From positions 186,813 to 250,812 of the forward strand of contig NW_003314343.1 in the NCBI RefSeq assembly GCF_000143415.4: a DNA stretch of 64,000 nt. Direction: 5' to 3'. The stretch's first letter is position 1. Each line of letters begins with the position of its first letter. The notes under the pieces are model-generated. The model saw nothing but the letters and a program-made list of their open reading frames with translations, ran no database searches and was not told the origin of the DNA. Position numbers and translations under genes: made by a program. Shown here in pieces: positions 47,572-61,944 of the stretch. The stretch is from Selaginella moellendorffii. Taxonomy: Eukaryota > Plantae > Lycopodiophyta.

Positions 47572-50500
47572 TTACCTTGGAGCCACCGCGTGGATGGTTC
47601 CACTAAACAAGCCACTCTCCTCCACCGCGCTGGAGGACACGTACAACTCATTGTACAGGTCCCTGGGTCGCGCGCTCTCGTCGCTCCTGGATTTGCTCTG
47701 GTGGTGATCGTCGAAGGTGGAGAAGGCGTCGGACCACGGCATCGATCGCCACAAGTCGTCTAGATCTCGCACAACTGCTCCCATGGATGGCCGGTCGTTT
47801 GGATTCTCCTTGACACAGCTGAGAGCCAGTCTTAACATTGGCTCCAGCCCCTCGGACGGGTAGCTTCCCATTCTTTGGTCTACTATCGAAAGCACCATCC
47901 CTGCTTGATATGTGGCAGTCACCTAGAGCATCATGTCCGTCAGCGTTGCTCGTGAAAGAAAACACGGAAAAGCTTACCTCTCTCACGAGATTCTTGCCTT
48001 GCGAAATCGGATGCATTCCAGTCACGAGTTCCATCAACACCACACCAAAGCTATACACATCGCTTTTATCTGTGAGCTTCCGCGTTAAGAAGTACTCTGG
48101 ATCCAGATACCCCTGTGCATCACAGACATGTCAAAAATTGCGAGGAGAATGCGATAACTCGTACCGGAGTTCCCTTGACTACAGTGGAGACGTGACCAGG
48201 TGTCACGCCGTCCAAATCAGGCGAAGGAGCAAGCCGTGATAAACCAAAGTCGGCAACTTTGGGGATGTTCTTGCCATCCAGCAAAATGTTGCTCGCTTTT
48301 ATGTCCCGATGGAAGATGGGAGGATTGGCTTCAGTATGGAGATACAGAATTCCCCGTGCTGATCCCAAAGCAATTCGTAACCGGGTTGCGAAGTCTAAAG
48401 GAAGCTTGATAGTTGCTGAAACAAAAACACAAGCTCGTAAACAATTATGGGGCAGTACAAAAGCTGTATAAACGTACGTGATAGCCTCTCTCGTAAAGTC
48501 CCTCCTTCCATGAACTCGTAAACAAGCATCTATCGAGAATGAAAGCAAGATAGTCAGTGTTTCTTGATCATCAAAAATCAAACAACAGACCTGCTCGCCT
48601 TCGTCGTCACAGTAGCCAACTAAGGACAACAAATTCCTGTGATGCACCCTTGACAAGAGTTCTATCTCTGTGTAAAACTCGTGAGTCCCTTGTAAGGATC
48701 CTTCCTCAGCTCGTTTCACCGCAACAACGTGACCATCGGATAGAACGCCTCTATAAACCTTTCCATAACCACCTTGGCCAGCCAGCCTTGCATCATCGAA
48801 TGATGCTGTCGCCGCTAGCATTTCGCCGTACGAGAACGACTTCACTCCTGCCACCTTCAGCATTTCGTTAAGCTCGCGCTTGTCCGCTGCAAGTTTGAGT
48901 AAATCAGAAATTTCAAATGAGTGTCAAAATAAGAAATAGTAAGACATTACTGATAATTCGTTTTCTGCTTGACTTTCCCATGCGTTTGCTCCTCCTTCGT
49001 GCTAGGAAAAACACCACTGTTCCTACGACTGCTGCAGTTACTGCGACGACAGCAATCAGTATCCCTGCTATAGCACCTGCAGTGAGCTTTTTCTTCTCTG
49101 GCCGTGGGATGATGTCGTATAGATCTGGCCACATAACCAGCGATCGTTAGCAAACAACGCATCAGCCGACAGGCTTACCAATTCCAAATGGAGGAGTGAA
49201 ACCGAGGAACTCGTACGGCCCAAAGACGTCGTCGTCAGGGATTAACCATCCACCGAATGCATGATACAGCCTCCTCAACTCGGACACGTTATTTGTTCTG
49301 TTTTGTACCGGCGGGTAGAAACTGATGTTCATTGCCAGCCTGGGTCCCTTTTCCCACCTAAATCCTTTGAGAAATACCTGGTCTCGGGTGAGATTGAGCC
49401 CGCTAGATATATAACCTTCGAAGCGATTGATGTAGCGATCGAAAAATGTAAAACCTGGACTTTTCAATCTGTACGCAACCACGGCCGGTGAAGCACAAAC
49501 GCACTGGCCACGAACGGCAAGCGCTGGGATCAGTTCACTATTCGGATCACACAAACCAGTGCAACTTTCACTTCGATTGTTTCCGAATCCATTGTCTTGA
49601 GCAGTTTGTGAAACAAGAGTACCAGACTGGCAGACGGGCGAAAGACTCCTTGGCGAATTTTGACACAAAGGATTTCCACCCAGCCTGCAAGTAATTAACA
49701 GCAATGAACAATGAACATGTTCCTATGTTATAGATGACTTACCAGGCACTATACATTCCAGACGAAGCTGAAATGTTTGCTACCAAGCTTGGATCGACGT
49801 TGGAAAACGAGTTGCTCTGGAAGTCCCTGCACAACAGACACTTTAAGACTAAAAAATCTTGAGGCCTTTCCTTACAAAAGAAGCCTTTGTGACGAGTTTC
49901 TTAGTCCGGCAATTAAAGCTCCATCAACAGATCCATTAAGGCGGTTGTCGTGGAGGATACTGTAGGACGAAAGTTTAGAAGATAAAGGATTCTCAAAAGT
50001 ACAGCTTACAGTGCTTGAAGGTTCGGTAGATTGTTAAAGCTGGACGGAATGTTTCCGGATAAGGAGTTGTTGGACAGATCTCTGAAAGAACAGAACTTTA
50101 ATCGCACCAGGGAAAAGAATATCTTACTAACATCGACGTAATGTTTGACGATATCCCCGTGTTTGGTATCTCTCCTGTCAAGTTGTTGTTGCTCAAGTCC
50201 CTGTTTTAAAATCAGTCACAAATAAAAACCACAGCTAACAAACTTACAAGTATCCAAGCTGTGAAATCCTGCTAAGATCTGGAACCTGTCCTTGTATGTT
50301 ACAGTTTCTCAAGCTTCTGTAGGTCACACAGGTGTTATGACCTGCGGCCAGACGATATAACGCACGCTAACTCACATCTTAAATAGATTTTGAAGAGTTC
50401 CATACTCCGCCGGGATCACGGCATCGTCAGCGAAGCGATTATTGTCCAGCTGCCTGCAACATCATGAGCTCAAGTTTACAAGAGTTAATATATTGTATTC

Positions 50501-51547
50501 TTACAGAATAAGCAGCGTGTTTCTAAGGTTCGAAAGCTCTACCGGTAGCCTTCCCTCAAGCTTGTTATTATCAAGCAAACTGCCAATCACAAAAACATCA
50601 AAAGAACACATCGAGGACAAGAAACAGAAAACACTCACATGTGGACAATATTTGGAAGCCTCCCAATATCCGGTGGAATACTTCCGGTTAGGGAGTTGTT
50701 GTTCATGTGGCTGTCACCGCGTTATCAACAGTTCAATAGAAACACGCATTAAGACTCACAAGTGCTTAGCGCTGGTCAGATTTCCAAATGTAGGAGGAAT
50801 TGGACCAGTGATATTGTTTTGATCGATTTGTATCCTGTTCATCCTTGTAAGATTTCCAAGCTCCCATGGCAGCTCGCCAGTAAGCTTGTTACCATTTAGC
50901 AAGCTGCAAATTCACATATATTAGCTAATCGGAAAAAAAAAATGAAAACAGCACCCTTACAGGAGGTCAAGGTTCTCCAACATGCCAAAAGTGGGCGGGA
51001 TGCTCCCAGTGAAATCGTTCCACATAACATCCCTTCGCAACAGAAAACGAAAACGTGACTTCGCATAAGCTTAAGAGAAAATAGAGAAAAAAAAACACTT
51101 ACAAGATCCTGAGCCATCGAAGATTTCCAAGTTCTGGAGCTAAAGTGCCAGACAGTTGATGATTCAAGAGCCGCCTAAGAAAAAAAAAATCTGGTCAGTT
51201 TTACAATGATGGAGCACGAGTTTAGGCTTACAACTCCACAACGTGAAAGATATTTCTCGAATCGCGCTCGCAAAACACGCCTTCCCAGTTTGTGCCATTC
51301 CCGCAAGGATCGTTACCCCACCAATTCTCGAGCCTTGCGTTATTGTCCACAATTCTGTCCTGAAATGCCCTCAACGCCGCGACTGCCACACCCAACCAAG
51401 AAAACCAAGGAAAAGATAAAATGAGAAAATCGATTGAAATTTCGAGCACTTACCCTCGGACGAATCCGTCACGGACTGGACAAATCCCAGCGCCATCCAA
51501 AGAAGTAAAGCCACAGCTCCAATTCGAAACCTTGCCGATCGATCCAT
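47572..51547 (-). CDS. LRR receptor-like kinase (LRR-VIII-1-like, many short LRR exons)
   Basis: Signal peptide, GNDPC..NWEGVFC, LRR exons, [15 protein letters not shown] segment, kinase [47 protein letters not shown]. Confidence 0.94.
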
Positions 51548-51964
51548 TTTCCGGGATGCGGAGTCATGCGCTGCCGCTGCCGAGCCCAATCGAAGAAAAC
51601 AAAGCGCGGCAGCACCGCCGGCTGTAGCACGCATCGCCTGGAATCGGTCAAAATGGCCGCATTCTGGAAAGTGCCTATCGTTCGACGCGAGGAAGGACGC
51701 CAGGTGGGACAAGCGTCACACAAATCGCGCAAGAACCCTAAATAAACCTCACGCCCCGCCATCGTCACTCTTTCTCCGGCGTAAGAAAGAAAAAAGGCTC
51801 CCCAATTCAACGCCCCGCAATCGCGCCACGTGTGCAAGCATTCCCGCGCTTCATGGCCGCCGTCCGATATGTCCAAGCAACGGCGGGATTTCACTCAAGC
51901 CCGCGTTTAGGAAGTAGACATATTTGACATGGTCCTCAGCAGCCCTTCAATACTTTTTCTCCTA

Positions 51965-52720
51965 TCACAGTTGACATGATCTTCTCCTCGGGAGCGAGAA
52001 TCCGTCAAGACCACCATTGATCGAGACTGGCAGTGTTTTTGTGAATCCACATAAATGTGGGGGTTGGCACTGAAAACTCCTGACATACTCTAGAACGTCT
52101 CCTTGCTGGATACGTATCTTTGCATTGCCCGCATTGCATTTGCGTCCGATTAAAGTTTCTACGTGGTCCAAGGGTGTTGCTCAAAGGTCGACTTGCAATG
52201 CATTTCTAGCGTTTCTCAATTTGCATCCTATAACCAGAGCAAACTCGTCTTCCACACCACGCTCAAGACCATATCCAACCAGATGAAAGCTTGCAACCTT
52301 TGCCACTCCATCCTTATCAGTAAAGTTGTAAGCAAACGACCCTTCTGCTGGAACTGAGCTTTCCTCCTCCACATTACCCATTCCCCACAAAGGGGAAGCT
52401 CCTTGTCTCTTGGCTGTAGTCGTAATGGTCTAGAAACTCGTCCAAGCCTTGCAAGAGCCTGGCAACTTCGAGCACCCAATCTTCGTCACCAAATCCCATC
52501 AAGTCTACTGCCGGTACTATGAACGGCTCCACCTCCACGCGATTTGTGGCTTGATCACAGGCATAACCTTGCAAAGCAAAGCACTTGTCAAAGTTCTTGT
52601 GAGTTAAAGCTTGGCTTACCACTTACCTGTAGATAAGAAGAGGAAGAGCCCATACAGCGACCTTTCGCCTCCCAAGAAATCGGCATGTTCCTGGACGAAT
52701 TCCAGCGCCTTGGAGAAGCA
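51965..52720 (-). pseudogene. Disrupted coding-like segment of unknown family
   Basis: Three adjacent or overlapping minus-strand ORFs (52374-52622, 52181-52390, 51965-52171) with protein-like composition, separated by a frameshift and a stop. No motif recognised. Confidence 0.4.
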
Positions 52721-52739
52721 AACACTAGGTTTTCTCTTT

Positions 52740-55700
52740 AACCATCAAAACTAATAGAACTCACCTTTTGATGACGGTCACCCCCGACCATACATTCTTC
52801 AAACATCAACTAATAATTCTTGTGCAAGTCAAGGATATGCAAAACCAAAAATATTTTAAGCATGAGTTCAACCTCTCAAACGTACATTCCCAATGGAGGA
52901 TTTGGGGCCTTCTCAGTATTGTCTTTGCTTTTGACGACAAACAAACTTGCATCCCTTCATTCTAGAAGCAGTACTTACCTTTATGAGTTCACAACCAAAG
53001 TCTTCTCCTCATAAATTTAGTGGAATGCAGCTGGCAGGATCATGGATCCCTACAGCAAGAAATCTGAGGTAGGTTTAAGCTAAATTGGCCATCTTATTCT
53101 CAAAATTCTTTTTGTACCCGCAATAGGGAAAAAAAACCGGTAGAATCTCCCATATATATTACCTCTTATCTCACATATGTGAATGGATTAACCGTTTAAA
53201 TTAGAAAAAATATATTCTAGCATATTCTTAATTTAATGGTTGAGAGCATACTGATGTAAACATTCATCATTATAGATTAATAAGATTGCCACACGGTCAA
53301 CACTTGTTTCATTATATATTTCTATTGGGACTTAACAAGAGAATCCTAATGGGTTCTTCCCAACAAGAGAGTTCTTAAGATATTTATTTTGATTACATGG
53401 CCATGATGTGGAATTGGTTATGTCAAAAAGTCCTTCCCCAATGGAATGGAATTTTAAATAATATGCTAGAATGAGAAAATATGTTAGGAAAATATTCTAA
53501 TATTTTCTAACAACTAAATTTTTTTTCTGCCAATAGGATGTAAATTCTTCTGTTAAGAGAAATAAACCCTAACAATGTTTATCAAAAACTTTTTCTCATG
53601 ATAGTATATTTTAGTATAAAGATTTTTCTTCTGACAAATGCTATTTTTCCTTTGGGAAGCACCTTTAAAACCTTTTGATGGATCTAAAATCTCATTTTCT
53701 TCCCATCAGTAGAAATTCTTTTGAAAATTGCCAATAAAAAAAAATTTATAAGAAATAAAAATATTCCCAATGAAATGTTTTTTCAAACTTTCTTCCTGAC
53801 ATGTTAAATGATATTTAAAAGAAAATGATGGGAAAGATGCCTGATGGGAGAGCTTCCTAATAGGCTTTATATCAAGTCAAAAGACTTTTTAAGTCCATAA
53901 AGCCCTTAAATTAAAATAATAAAATTATTTACAAGATTGATTTTAGTAATTTATTGATGGTTGTGGGACTAATTAAATGCTATTTCACTAGTAAGTGATT
54001 TAATAAAGTGTTAAAATGCTACTAACAATCTTAAAACTTGCATAAAGTATTGTTCAAGGATTGTTAATTTATCACAAGCTTATAAGCAACAATATTACAA
54101 AAAATACATATTACAAATATTATGTAGTAAGGAAAAGATGTGTTCTAAAGATTTACTTATATTGGCTTAATGCAAATCCAAAAGTTAGAATATATCTTTC
54201 TTTTAATCTCTAATTTATCTAGCATTTATTATTATAAGTTAATAAGTATTCTAACCCAAAGTTCAATTCAATGGAGGAGGCTTAGAAATTCATATAAAGG
54301 CCAATATTAATCAAGCTTGATATAATTATTACAACCCTAACATCATTTCATCAATAACATTACCCTCTACCTTAATAGCTTTGACTATTACCTTTATCTT
54401 TTCATTTGAAAAAGTTGCAATGAAAACAACATTAAAATTGCTTTTATGTTGGTAATTTATAATTTTGTCCAATTGCTCAAGTTTTTACCATTTTTAATAA
54501 CATAAAGAAAAAAAAATCAAACATAAACTGATTGCTAGTTTAATTATAAAATTAAACTAAATATATAATGAATGTCTTTTTGTAATCTCTATTTCTTCTT
54601 GTTAACATATGAACACATCTAGTATGCAGTTATATTTTTAAGTAACAACACACTCAATAATGAGATCTAAATATACTTAAAAGTATTTATCAAATCCTTT
54701 AATATCCAATTGTTTACTTTGTCACATACATAAGAAAAAATTTATAATAGTAAGCCCATCTATGAAATAGATGACTAAATAATTCCTTATAGAAGCTAAA
54801 AGTCATTTGGTGGAGATATTTTATCTTCTCCCACTCAAATACTAAATAGTCCTCTAGCTTCTTGAAAATGTGAATTTAACCATCTTTATATGGCATCACA
54901 AGGCAAGTGGTTTTTTCCAATTTCTTTTTGATAATCACTATTGCCAACCCAAAAAGCATATACATGTAATTGTGGAATTTATAGTTGCACACCATGCATT
55001 TTTAGAAGTTTTTCATTTTCAATATCTTCATGACACATAATAAATGCAAAGAATACTCACAACCATAAGTGTAAAAGTTCATTTCATCCAAGACTTATAA
55101 CTAAATGAGGCATGTGTTATTTAGACTATTGTGATCTATACATCTATTGATGCATGAGGTTAGAATAGACACTTTTTAGGTGCCTTTAGTTTAGTAATTT
55201 CTATCACCTTGACAGGGTATATTGTTATAGTAGAAGGCTTCTATGGAAAAAAATTGATTAAGAGCCATATATGTTAACTTTTTTTTTTTTTACATATCAA
55301 TAATATTTATTTAATTGATGGTATCTATGAGAGTTGCAATGTGATCTTTTGCTATAAACAACTCTTCATTTAGCTTCTTTTCTCCTAACTTCTTACAGAT
55401 CAACTACTTTTAAAAGTTAGTGATTTTAAACAGTAATGTATGGATTTGATATTGAGGAATTAAATCCATTAGAAAAGTGTTGCACAACTTCAGCAAGTTC
55501 ATAAATCATAAGCATGATGGAAAGGTTGCTTAGCTTTAAATTAACATTATTATTATAGCTCTATTGTGTGTTTCTTTTAATTTACAAGTTACTTTAGATT
55601 AAAATTAATTATGGAATATGGAGTATATTGAATTTTTGTTCCCTTCCATCCATAGGTTTCATATTCTGTATAACTATATGGTAGACGTCAATCTCTTAGA

Positions 55701-55750
55701 TGTATACCACATGTAACATCTAAATTAGTTAGATATAAATGCTAAACCTT
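52740..55750. mobile_element. AT-rich, CpG-depleted decayed repeat, possibly CACTA-derived
   Basis: No long ORFs and very few CG. Short motifs such as TCCCATCAGTA, CTGATGGGA and TGCCAATA look like C-to-T-decayed CACTA subterminal repeats. Confidence 0.35.
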
Positions 55751-55991
55751 CCCATTTTTCACGAAGTCTGAAAAGAAGCCGTGTCAACTCAAGATACCCC
55801 ACATCCTCCTATCGATCTGATCCAAATTCGATCATGTTTCGATGACTCTTGGGTGCAATTTGCAGCCTTTGTTGATCATTATTCCCGCAAATGACATCTT
55901 GGTGGCATTTTAAACTGAAATAGTGGTCAAAGTGGGCGGCACCTATTCTGCTATTAATCTCGGAGCGAGAATTCCTATACTGGATAGAGGC

Positions 55992-56974
55992 ATGGAGCTC
56001 TTTCGAGTGAACACGCTGGCTATCTTGGCTATTGTTCTCCTCACAGTTGAAGGTATTTAGCTGCACTGAATTTCAAAGTCTTGCATTCTAGCATGAACAC
56101 AGCTTAAACATGAGTGTGTTCTTCCAATTCCTAATCCGAGGGATTTCTAGTCACTTCTTCTCAAGAGCATTATTTTCTCAATTGATGTTCTTCGTTCCAT
56201 GCAGGTGTGCACGGCGTCCGAATCCGCCTCTACAACGCCTGCCCCTTCACAGTGTGGCCCGGCTGGATTTCAAACTCCGGCAAGCCGCAACTCGGGGGTG
56301 GGGGTGCCCGTTTGGAATCGTGGCAATCTTACGACCTCTACCCAGGCTCGGGCTGGGCGGGCCGGTTCTGGGGACGCAGGGGCTGCAACTTCGACGGTAG
56401 CGGCCGTGGTCACTGCGACTCGGGCGACTGTGGCGACAAACTCAACTGCGGCAACTCGGGTGGTGTCACGCCCGCCACCCTGGCCGAGTTCCAGCTCAAT
56501 GGTTTCGCCGGTCTCGACTACTACGACGTGTCTCTGGTCGACGGCTACAACTTACCGCTGCGAATCAACCCCGAGTACAACTGCGCCTCGGCCGGATGTC
56601 ACAGCGACGTGAATGCGCGCTGTCCTAAGGAGCTCCAGGTACAAGCATCAGTTTCCGGGATTAGTTTCTAAGCTCGAGCAATACAGGTGCGCAAGGATAA
56701 CTGGGTCATCGGCTGCAAGAGCGCTTGCGAGGTGTTCCACAGCGAGGAGTTCTGCTGCACGGGGTCGCACAACAGGCCCGAGACGTGCAGTCCGACGTAC
56801 TTCTCCCGGATTTTCAAAGACGCGTGCCCGCAGGCATATAGCTACGCCTACGACGACGCGACCAGCACCTTCACCTGCGGTTCCGGTGGGGGTTACACCA
56901 TCACCTTCTGCCCCAGCGGGGGTCTCTCTATTGCAGAGGATGAGTCTTCTCAGAGCCGAGTCGAGGCTCTCTAA
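55992..56974 (+). CDS. Thaumatin-like protein (PR-5 family), 3 exons
   Basis: Signal exon [21 protein letters not shown]; [61 protein letters not shown]. Confidence 0.95.
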
Positions 56975-57256
56975 ATAAGTGTTAAATCGGAGTTTTGTAA
57001 ACCCGGTGGGCAAAACAATGAAAGAAGGGGCTCACCTCCTCCGAACCAGACTGAAAAGATCTCCTGTCACATAGACCTCCTTGCTTGGATCCAGTTTTGC
57101 AGAGGCATCCCAAGCTTGCCCGACGCGCATGGAAAGTTTCTTACAATCCCACTTCTCCAAAGCCTTCGAGAATGTCGAAGATCACACGAAAGAGAAGCTT
57201 TCGAACAGGCTGAATCAGTATCTGGATGATTGCATTCTCCCGGAAGATAACTGCGC

Positions 57257-57618
57257 GTGAGATGGGATCATTCTCAGCCGAGGATTCTCTTTGCGTTCAA
57301 GAGCGAGATATCAACTGTAGATCCTTGCTTTGAGTTGCTCTGCTCTTTCAGAGCTGGAAGAACAGTATCCTCCTTCCATGGTCTTTGTGTATCCCATACA
57401 TCCAAGTTGCCGGTTACGTATACGAATGTGCTAGCGACAGGATTGACATGGAGCCATTGACAGACATCTTGTGCTCGTATGGTCCAAGCACAAGGAAAGT
57501 GGCGATGCACGGAGTAAAACATTTTCTTCGCCTGGATGATCTGGAGATACGAGCATACCATGACGCAGTGGCAAAGAGGGAAAGCGACATTACGGCACAA
57601 ATACCGTGCTCTGATTAG
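57257..57618 (+). pseudogene. Degenerate fragment resembling a Crinkler-associated REase-type domain
   Basis: ILFAFKSEISTVDPCFE resembles the ExKxE...DP pattern, followed after a frameshift by IQVAGYVY...MEPLT. Confidence 0.3.
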
Positions 57619-57692
57619 AGCTGAGCACGATGAAGAGTTTATCTCTGATAGCTTCTAGGAAACTGGAAGATTCTAAAACGTACCGCGTTCTC

Positions 57693-58461
57693 TCATACTT
57701 TTGGCTTTCTAAACAAGTCGCTCGCATCCAAAGCCCCGATCTTGGCTGCTAGAATGAAGTCATTCTCTGTCAAGCCACCTGGTAGAGCACACAGAATTTG
57801 AGAAAGCTATTGGAGTTCGCATCAAACTAACCAGCAGAATGCGTGGATATGTTGATTCTCACGTTGTTGTAGCCAGTAAGGTGGAGATCCGGGTGGTGGC
57901 CTGAAACAAAACAGAGATGGAAAACAAAATCAAAGAGAAAAAGAGTTTCTTACCTTCTGCTTCAGCGACATCACTCACGAGCTTGAAGAATTCAATCCCT
58001 TTGATAAAACTCTTTGTTCTCCAGCTCCTCTGGAGCTCCAGCTTGCCATCAACTTGCTCGATCGTCCATCCCGGTGCCTAAAGAAGAAAAGGAAAGAAGA
58101 AAAGATCCTCGACCAAGTCTTAAAAACGAACGCACCTGATGGAGCAACTCCTTTGCAGATTCCTCTGACATTGGCCTCAAGTTTTTGGAATCGCACGGAA
58201 CACATTTCTTTTTGGAAAGATCACTGATAATTTCTGGGCAAAGGAAATCAATCAATCTTTGCTTTGAGCAAAGGAAGAAAATTTCATACTTACCATCGCT
58301 CGCTTGCGAAGACTGCGACGACATGGATCTCGCGATCACTGCGATCGGAATGCGCGCCTGCCAAGGATCAATCAAGTCACTCAGAATCAGTCACGCGCGC
58401 ACACCTTGCACGCTACTGCTGCTCCAAAAACACCAAGAGAATAAGCCATGCGCCCTAGCAT
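57693..58461 (-). CDS. Pterin-4-alpha-carbinolamine dehydratase (PCD/DCoH), organellar
   Basis: DLSKKKCVPCDS, VAEAEGHHPDLHL, THSAGGLTENDFILAAKI; targeting peptide; spliced. Confidence 0.92.
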
Positions 58462-58604
58462 GCGTTTGCCACATGGACCCATCCTAGCCGTTGAGAGTGC
58501 CACCAACGGTTCCGATTTTGTTAGGGTTCTTGGGTGAGAAGAGAAGGAAATTTTTCAAATGGGAGTTGCCTCGACTGATGATCGGCAAATGCAGGGGTTT
58601 CTAG

Positions 58605-59557
<953 letters not shown>

Positions 59558-59902
59558 CGTCCTCTCCAGCAAAAGCTTGAAGGTTTAGTTCGTTTTGTCC
59601 TTTCACTTTCTTTTTATTCTTTTCAACTTGCGAGGTGTTGGATCTTTCAGATTATTTCTCTTGTTTGTTTGTGGAGCCGAGAAAATCTGGTAAGCCAGCC
59701 AAAGATCTCTATTTGGAATGCTGCTTGACTGTTTTTATGGTTTTTCAGGAATGCAGTGCTGCGTGTATGTCATAAGATTCACGACACGTGGAATGCCAAG
59801 TCATCCACTGGTCGCGCATTGCTCTTTTCATCCCTCGCGCGTTGGCAAGGGATGAGAGAATTGTCAATGCCAGGCACACTCACCCTCCAGGCCGGCCACT
59901 GA

Positions 59903-61297
59903 ATGAATGAAGGATGTGTTTGCGTCATTCTCCTGGTACTCGTATGCGTCACGACTTCATCAGCAAAGCAGGGTGGTAGCAGCAGCGCGTTGCTAGAGTC
60001 TGTGAAGTCGATCGTCGTCAAAGCAAGAGGAGGAAAAGGAGGAGAAGGATGTTTGGATTGTCCCGATTACAACAGGCTAGTGGAAGCGGAACTGAGTGTA
60101 GAGGATGGCCAAGATCAGTCCAACAGGAACAGGAAGCGAGACATACGTCTGGCAATCATCCTTGGTAGTTTCTCGGCCTTCATCGCTCTGCTCATCTGTG
60201 GACCACTTTGCTGCATTTGCTATGGTGCCAAGCGGATCAGAGACATGCGCTCCAAGGCAGCTGCCACGCACAGTCTCATGTTTGCCGAGCAGTGGCGTGC
60301 CTACAACTTGTTCATGCCTTTCAACGAGGAAGAGGAGCTCGGACAGCACGCGCTCTCGTGGTCGGCTTGGCAGTTCGTGTACAGGGGCATTCCAGACGAG
60401 CTCAACGGCTTAAGCACAGCGATCTTTCAGTCGATTCCACCGGTTTCGGGTTGTTTGAGGAGCACCACCGGCCAGCCTTTGCAGCAAATTCGGTTGAATC
60501 CAGGATGTGCTCGTCTCCGACGTTGTCAGTCTCTCCAGTGCCTCCTTCCACTCTCTCCGAGTGCTCATCCGCCAAACTGTCTTCCCAACGTCAACTATTT
60601 CGAGATGACAATCCTTAGCTTCTCTCGCAATGGAAAAAACGGAAGGAGCTCGGGCTCTATCAGCGGACGTGTTGGTATCGGCCTGGCAGCGAGACCAGCA
60701 CCTCCGTTCCGTCTCCCAGGCCTCGACTTGGTCTCTCTCGGCTACCACTCCAATGGCAGCGTCTACATCAACGATCCTCACGACGGTGTTGCGACGAGCA
60801 GGAGGTGGAACTACGTCGGGGTCACGGTTGGCTGCGGCTACGACTTGGACAGATCTCTCGTCTACTTCACACACAATGGTGGCCAGCAGATGACGACCGA
60901 CTTTACGTTTCGTGCCGATGGCCCGATGCCTTCGACGACACCACACTTGTTTCCCGTGGTTGGAGCCGACTGTGACATCACGGTGGTGGTGAACTTGGGC
61001 CAGACCGAGTTCATGTTTGCGCCGGCAAACGCTGGCCGGTGTGTGGCATTTGAAGGCGGTGGAAGTTTGGGTCAGGAGGATGCGAGGGAAGGAAGAGAAG
61101 TAGCAGCACAGGCGGAGGTGGATGTGCACGGCCAGCGTTTGATCGTCCAGCAGGAATGTCAGCAGCAGCAGCAGCAGCAGGATGGTGATGGAAGGCAAAG
61201 TTTTGGCGATGGCGGGAATGATAGTAGCAGTGATCCAGAGTCTGAGGTATACTTTTCAGCTTTGGAGGAAGCTCCTGGCAGTTTTCTTCAAGCTTGA
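59903..61297 (+). CDS. Single-pass membrane SPRY/B30.2 protein (Ssh4/Ear1-like topology)
   Basis: Signal peptide, TM segment, then NYFEMTI, IGLAARP.PPFRLPG..SLGYHSNG, TVGCGYD, VYFTHNG, FPVVGAD, VNLGQ..FMF.PAN. Confidence 0.82.
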   Translation: MNEGCVCVILLVLVCVTTSSAKQGGSSSALLESVKSIVVKARGGKGGEGCLDCPDYNRLVEAELSVEDGQDQSNRNRKRDIRLAIILGSFSAFIALLICGPLCCICYGAKRIRDMRSKAAATHSLMFAEQWRAYNLFMPFNEEEELGQHALSWSAWQFVYRGIPDELNGLSTAIFQSIPPVSGCLRSTTGQPLQQIRLNPGCARLRRCQSLQCLLPLSPSAHPPNCLPNVNYFEMTILSFSRNGKNGRSSGSISGRVGIGLAARPAPPFRLPGLDLVSLGYHSNGSVYINDPHDGVATSRRWNYVGVTVGCGYDLDRSLVYFTHNGGQQMTTDFTFRADGPMPSTTPHLFPVVGADCDITVVVNLGQTEFMFAPANAGRCVAFEGGGSLGQEDAREGREVAAQAEVDVHGQRLIVQQECQQQQQQQDGDGRQSFGDGGNDSSSDPESEVYFSALEEAPGSFLQA

Positions 61298-61624
61298 TCC
61301 TCTTTTGTTTCTCTCCTTTGTTTTATTCACTTTTTCTCGGTATAGGAGGCACCACTGAACAGACGAGTGTTACGGAGGATCTAAGTAGTTTTACTTCACG
61401 ACTCACGAGATTGAGCGAGTCAATCCACAATGGATGAATGAGAAAAAAAAAAAACGAACTTTTCTTCTAGAAGAAGATGATTTACATGTTGGCTAGAAGG
61501 AAATTGTCAACGAATGTGGGCGTGGGATGCACGACCGCTGGATCACGCTCCTTGTTTAGTTTTCTTCGCTATGAGCCATAGCCTATGACTTTGTGTGAGA
61601 AATGGAAGCGCTACCTCTATCAGA

Positions 61625-61944
61625 TCAGCTGGTTTTGCTTTGCTTGGCCACTAGATTCTGCCACAAGTAGCGACCGCTGGCCATGTCTACAAACGTCCAG
61701 AAGAACAAACTCGTCTTGGAGCAAACCTGAGAAGAAGAAAAGAGAGATTTTTCGCATTGCGGTAACAGTGGGAAGATTTGCATACCTTGTCGAGCAGCGA
61801 CGAGGATTCCTGTTGCTTGGCGCTGTCTTCCTCTTCGATTTGCTCCTCGTCGTCGCCGGCGCTAGCGCCCCACAAATTCTTCCACGCGAAATACCCTGCC
61901 AGTGTGGCGGAGAGGAAGACGAGGATAAATCGCAGCGGACACAT
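61625..61944 (-). CDS. Conserved small plant membrane protein (2 exons)
   Basis: MCPLRFILVFLSATLAGYFAW ... FVDMASGRYLW, a recognisable conserved plant small-protein family. Confidence 0.85.
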
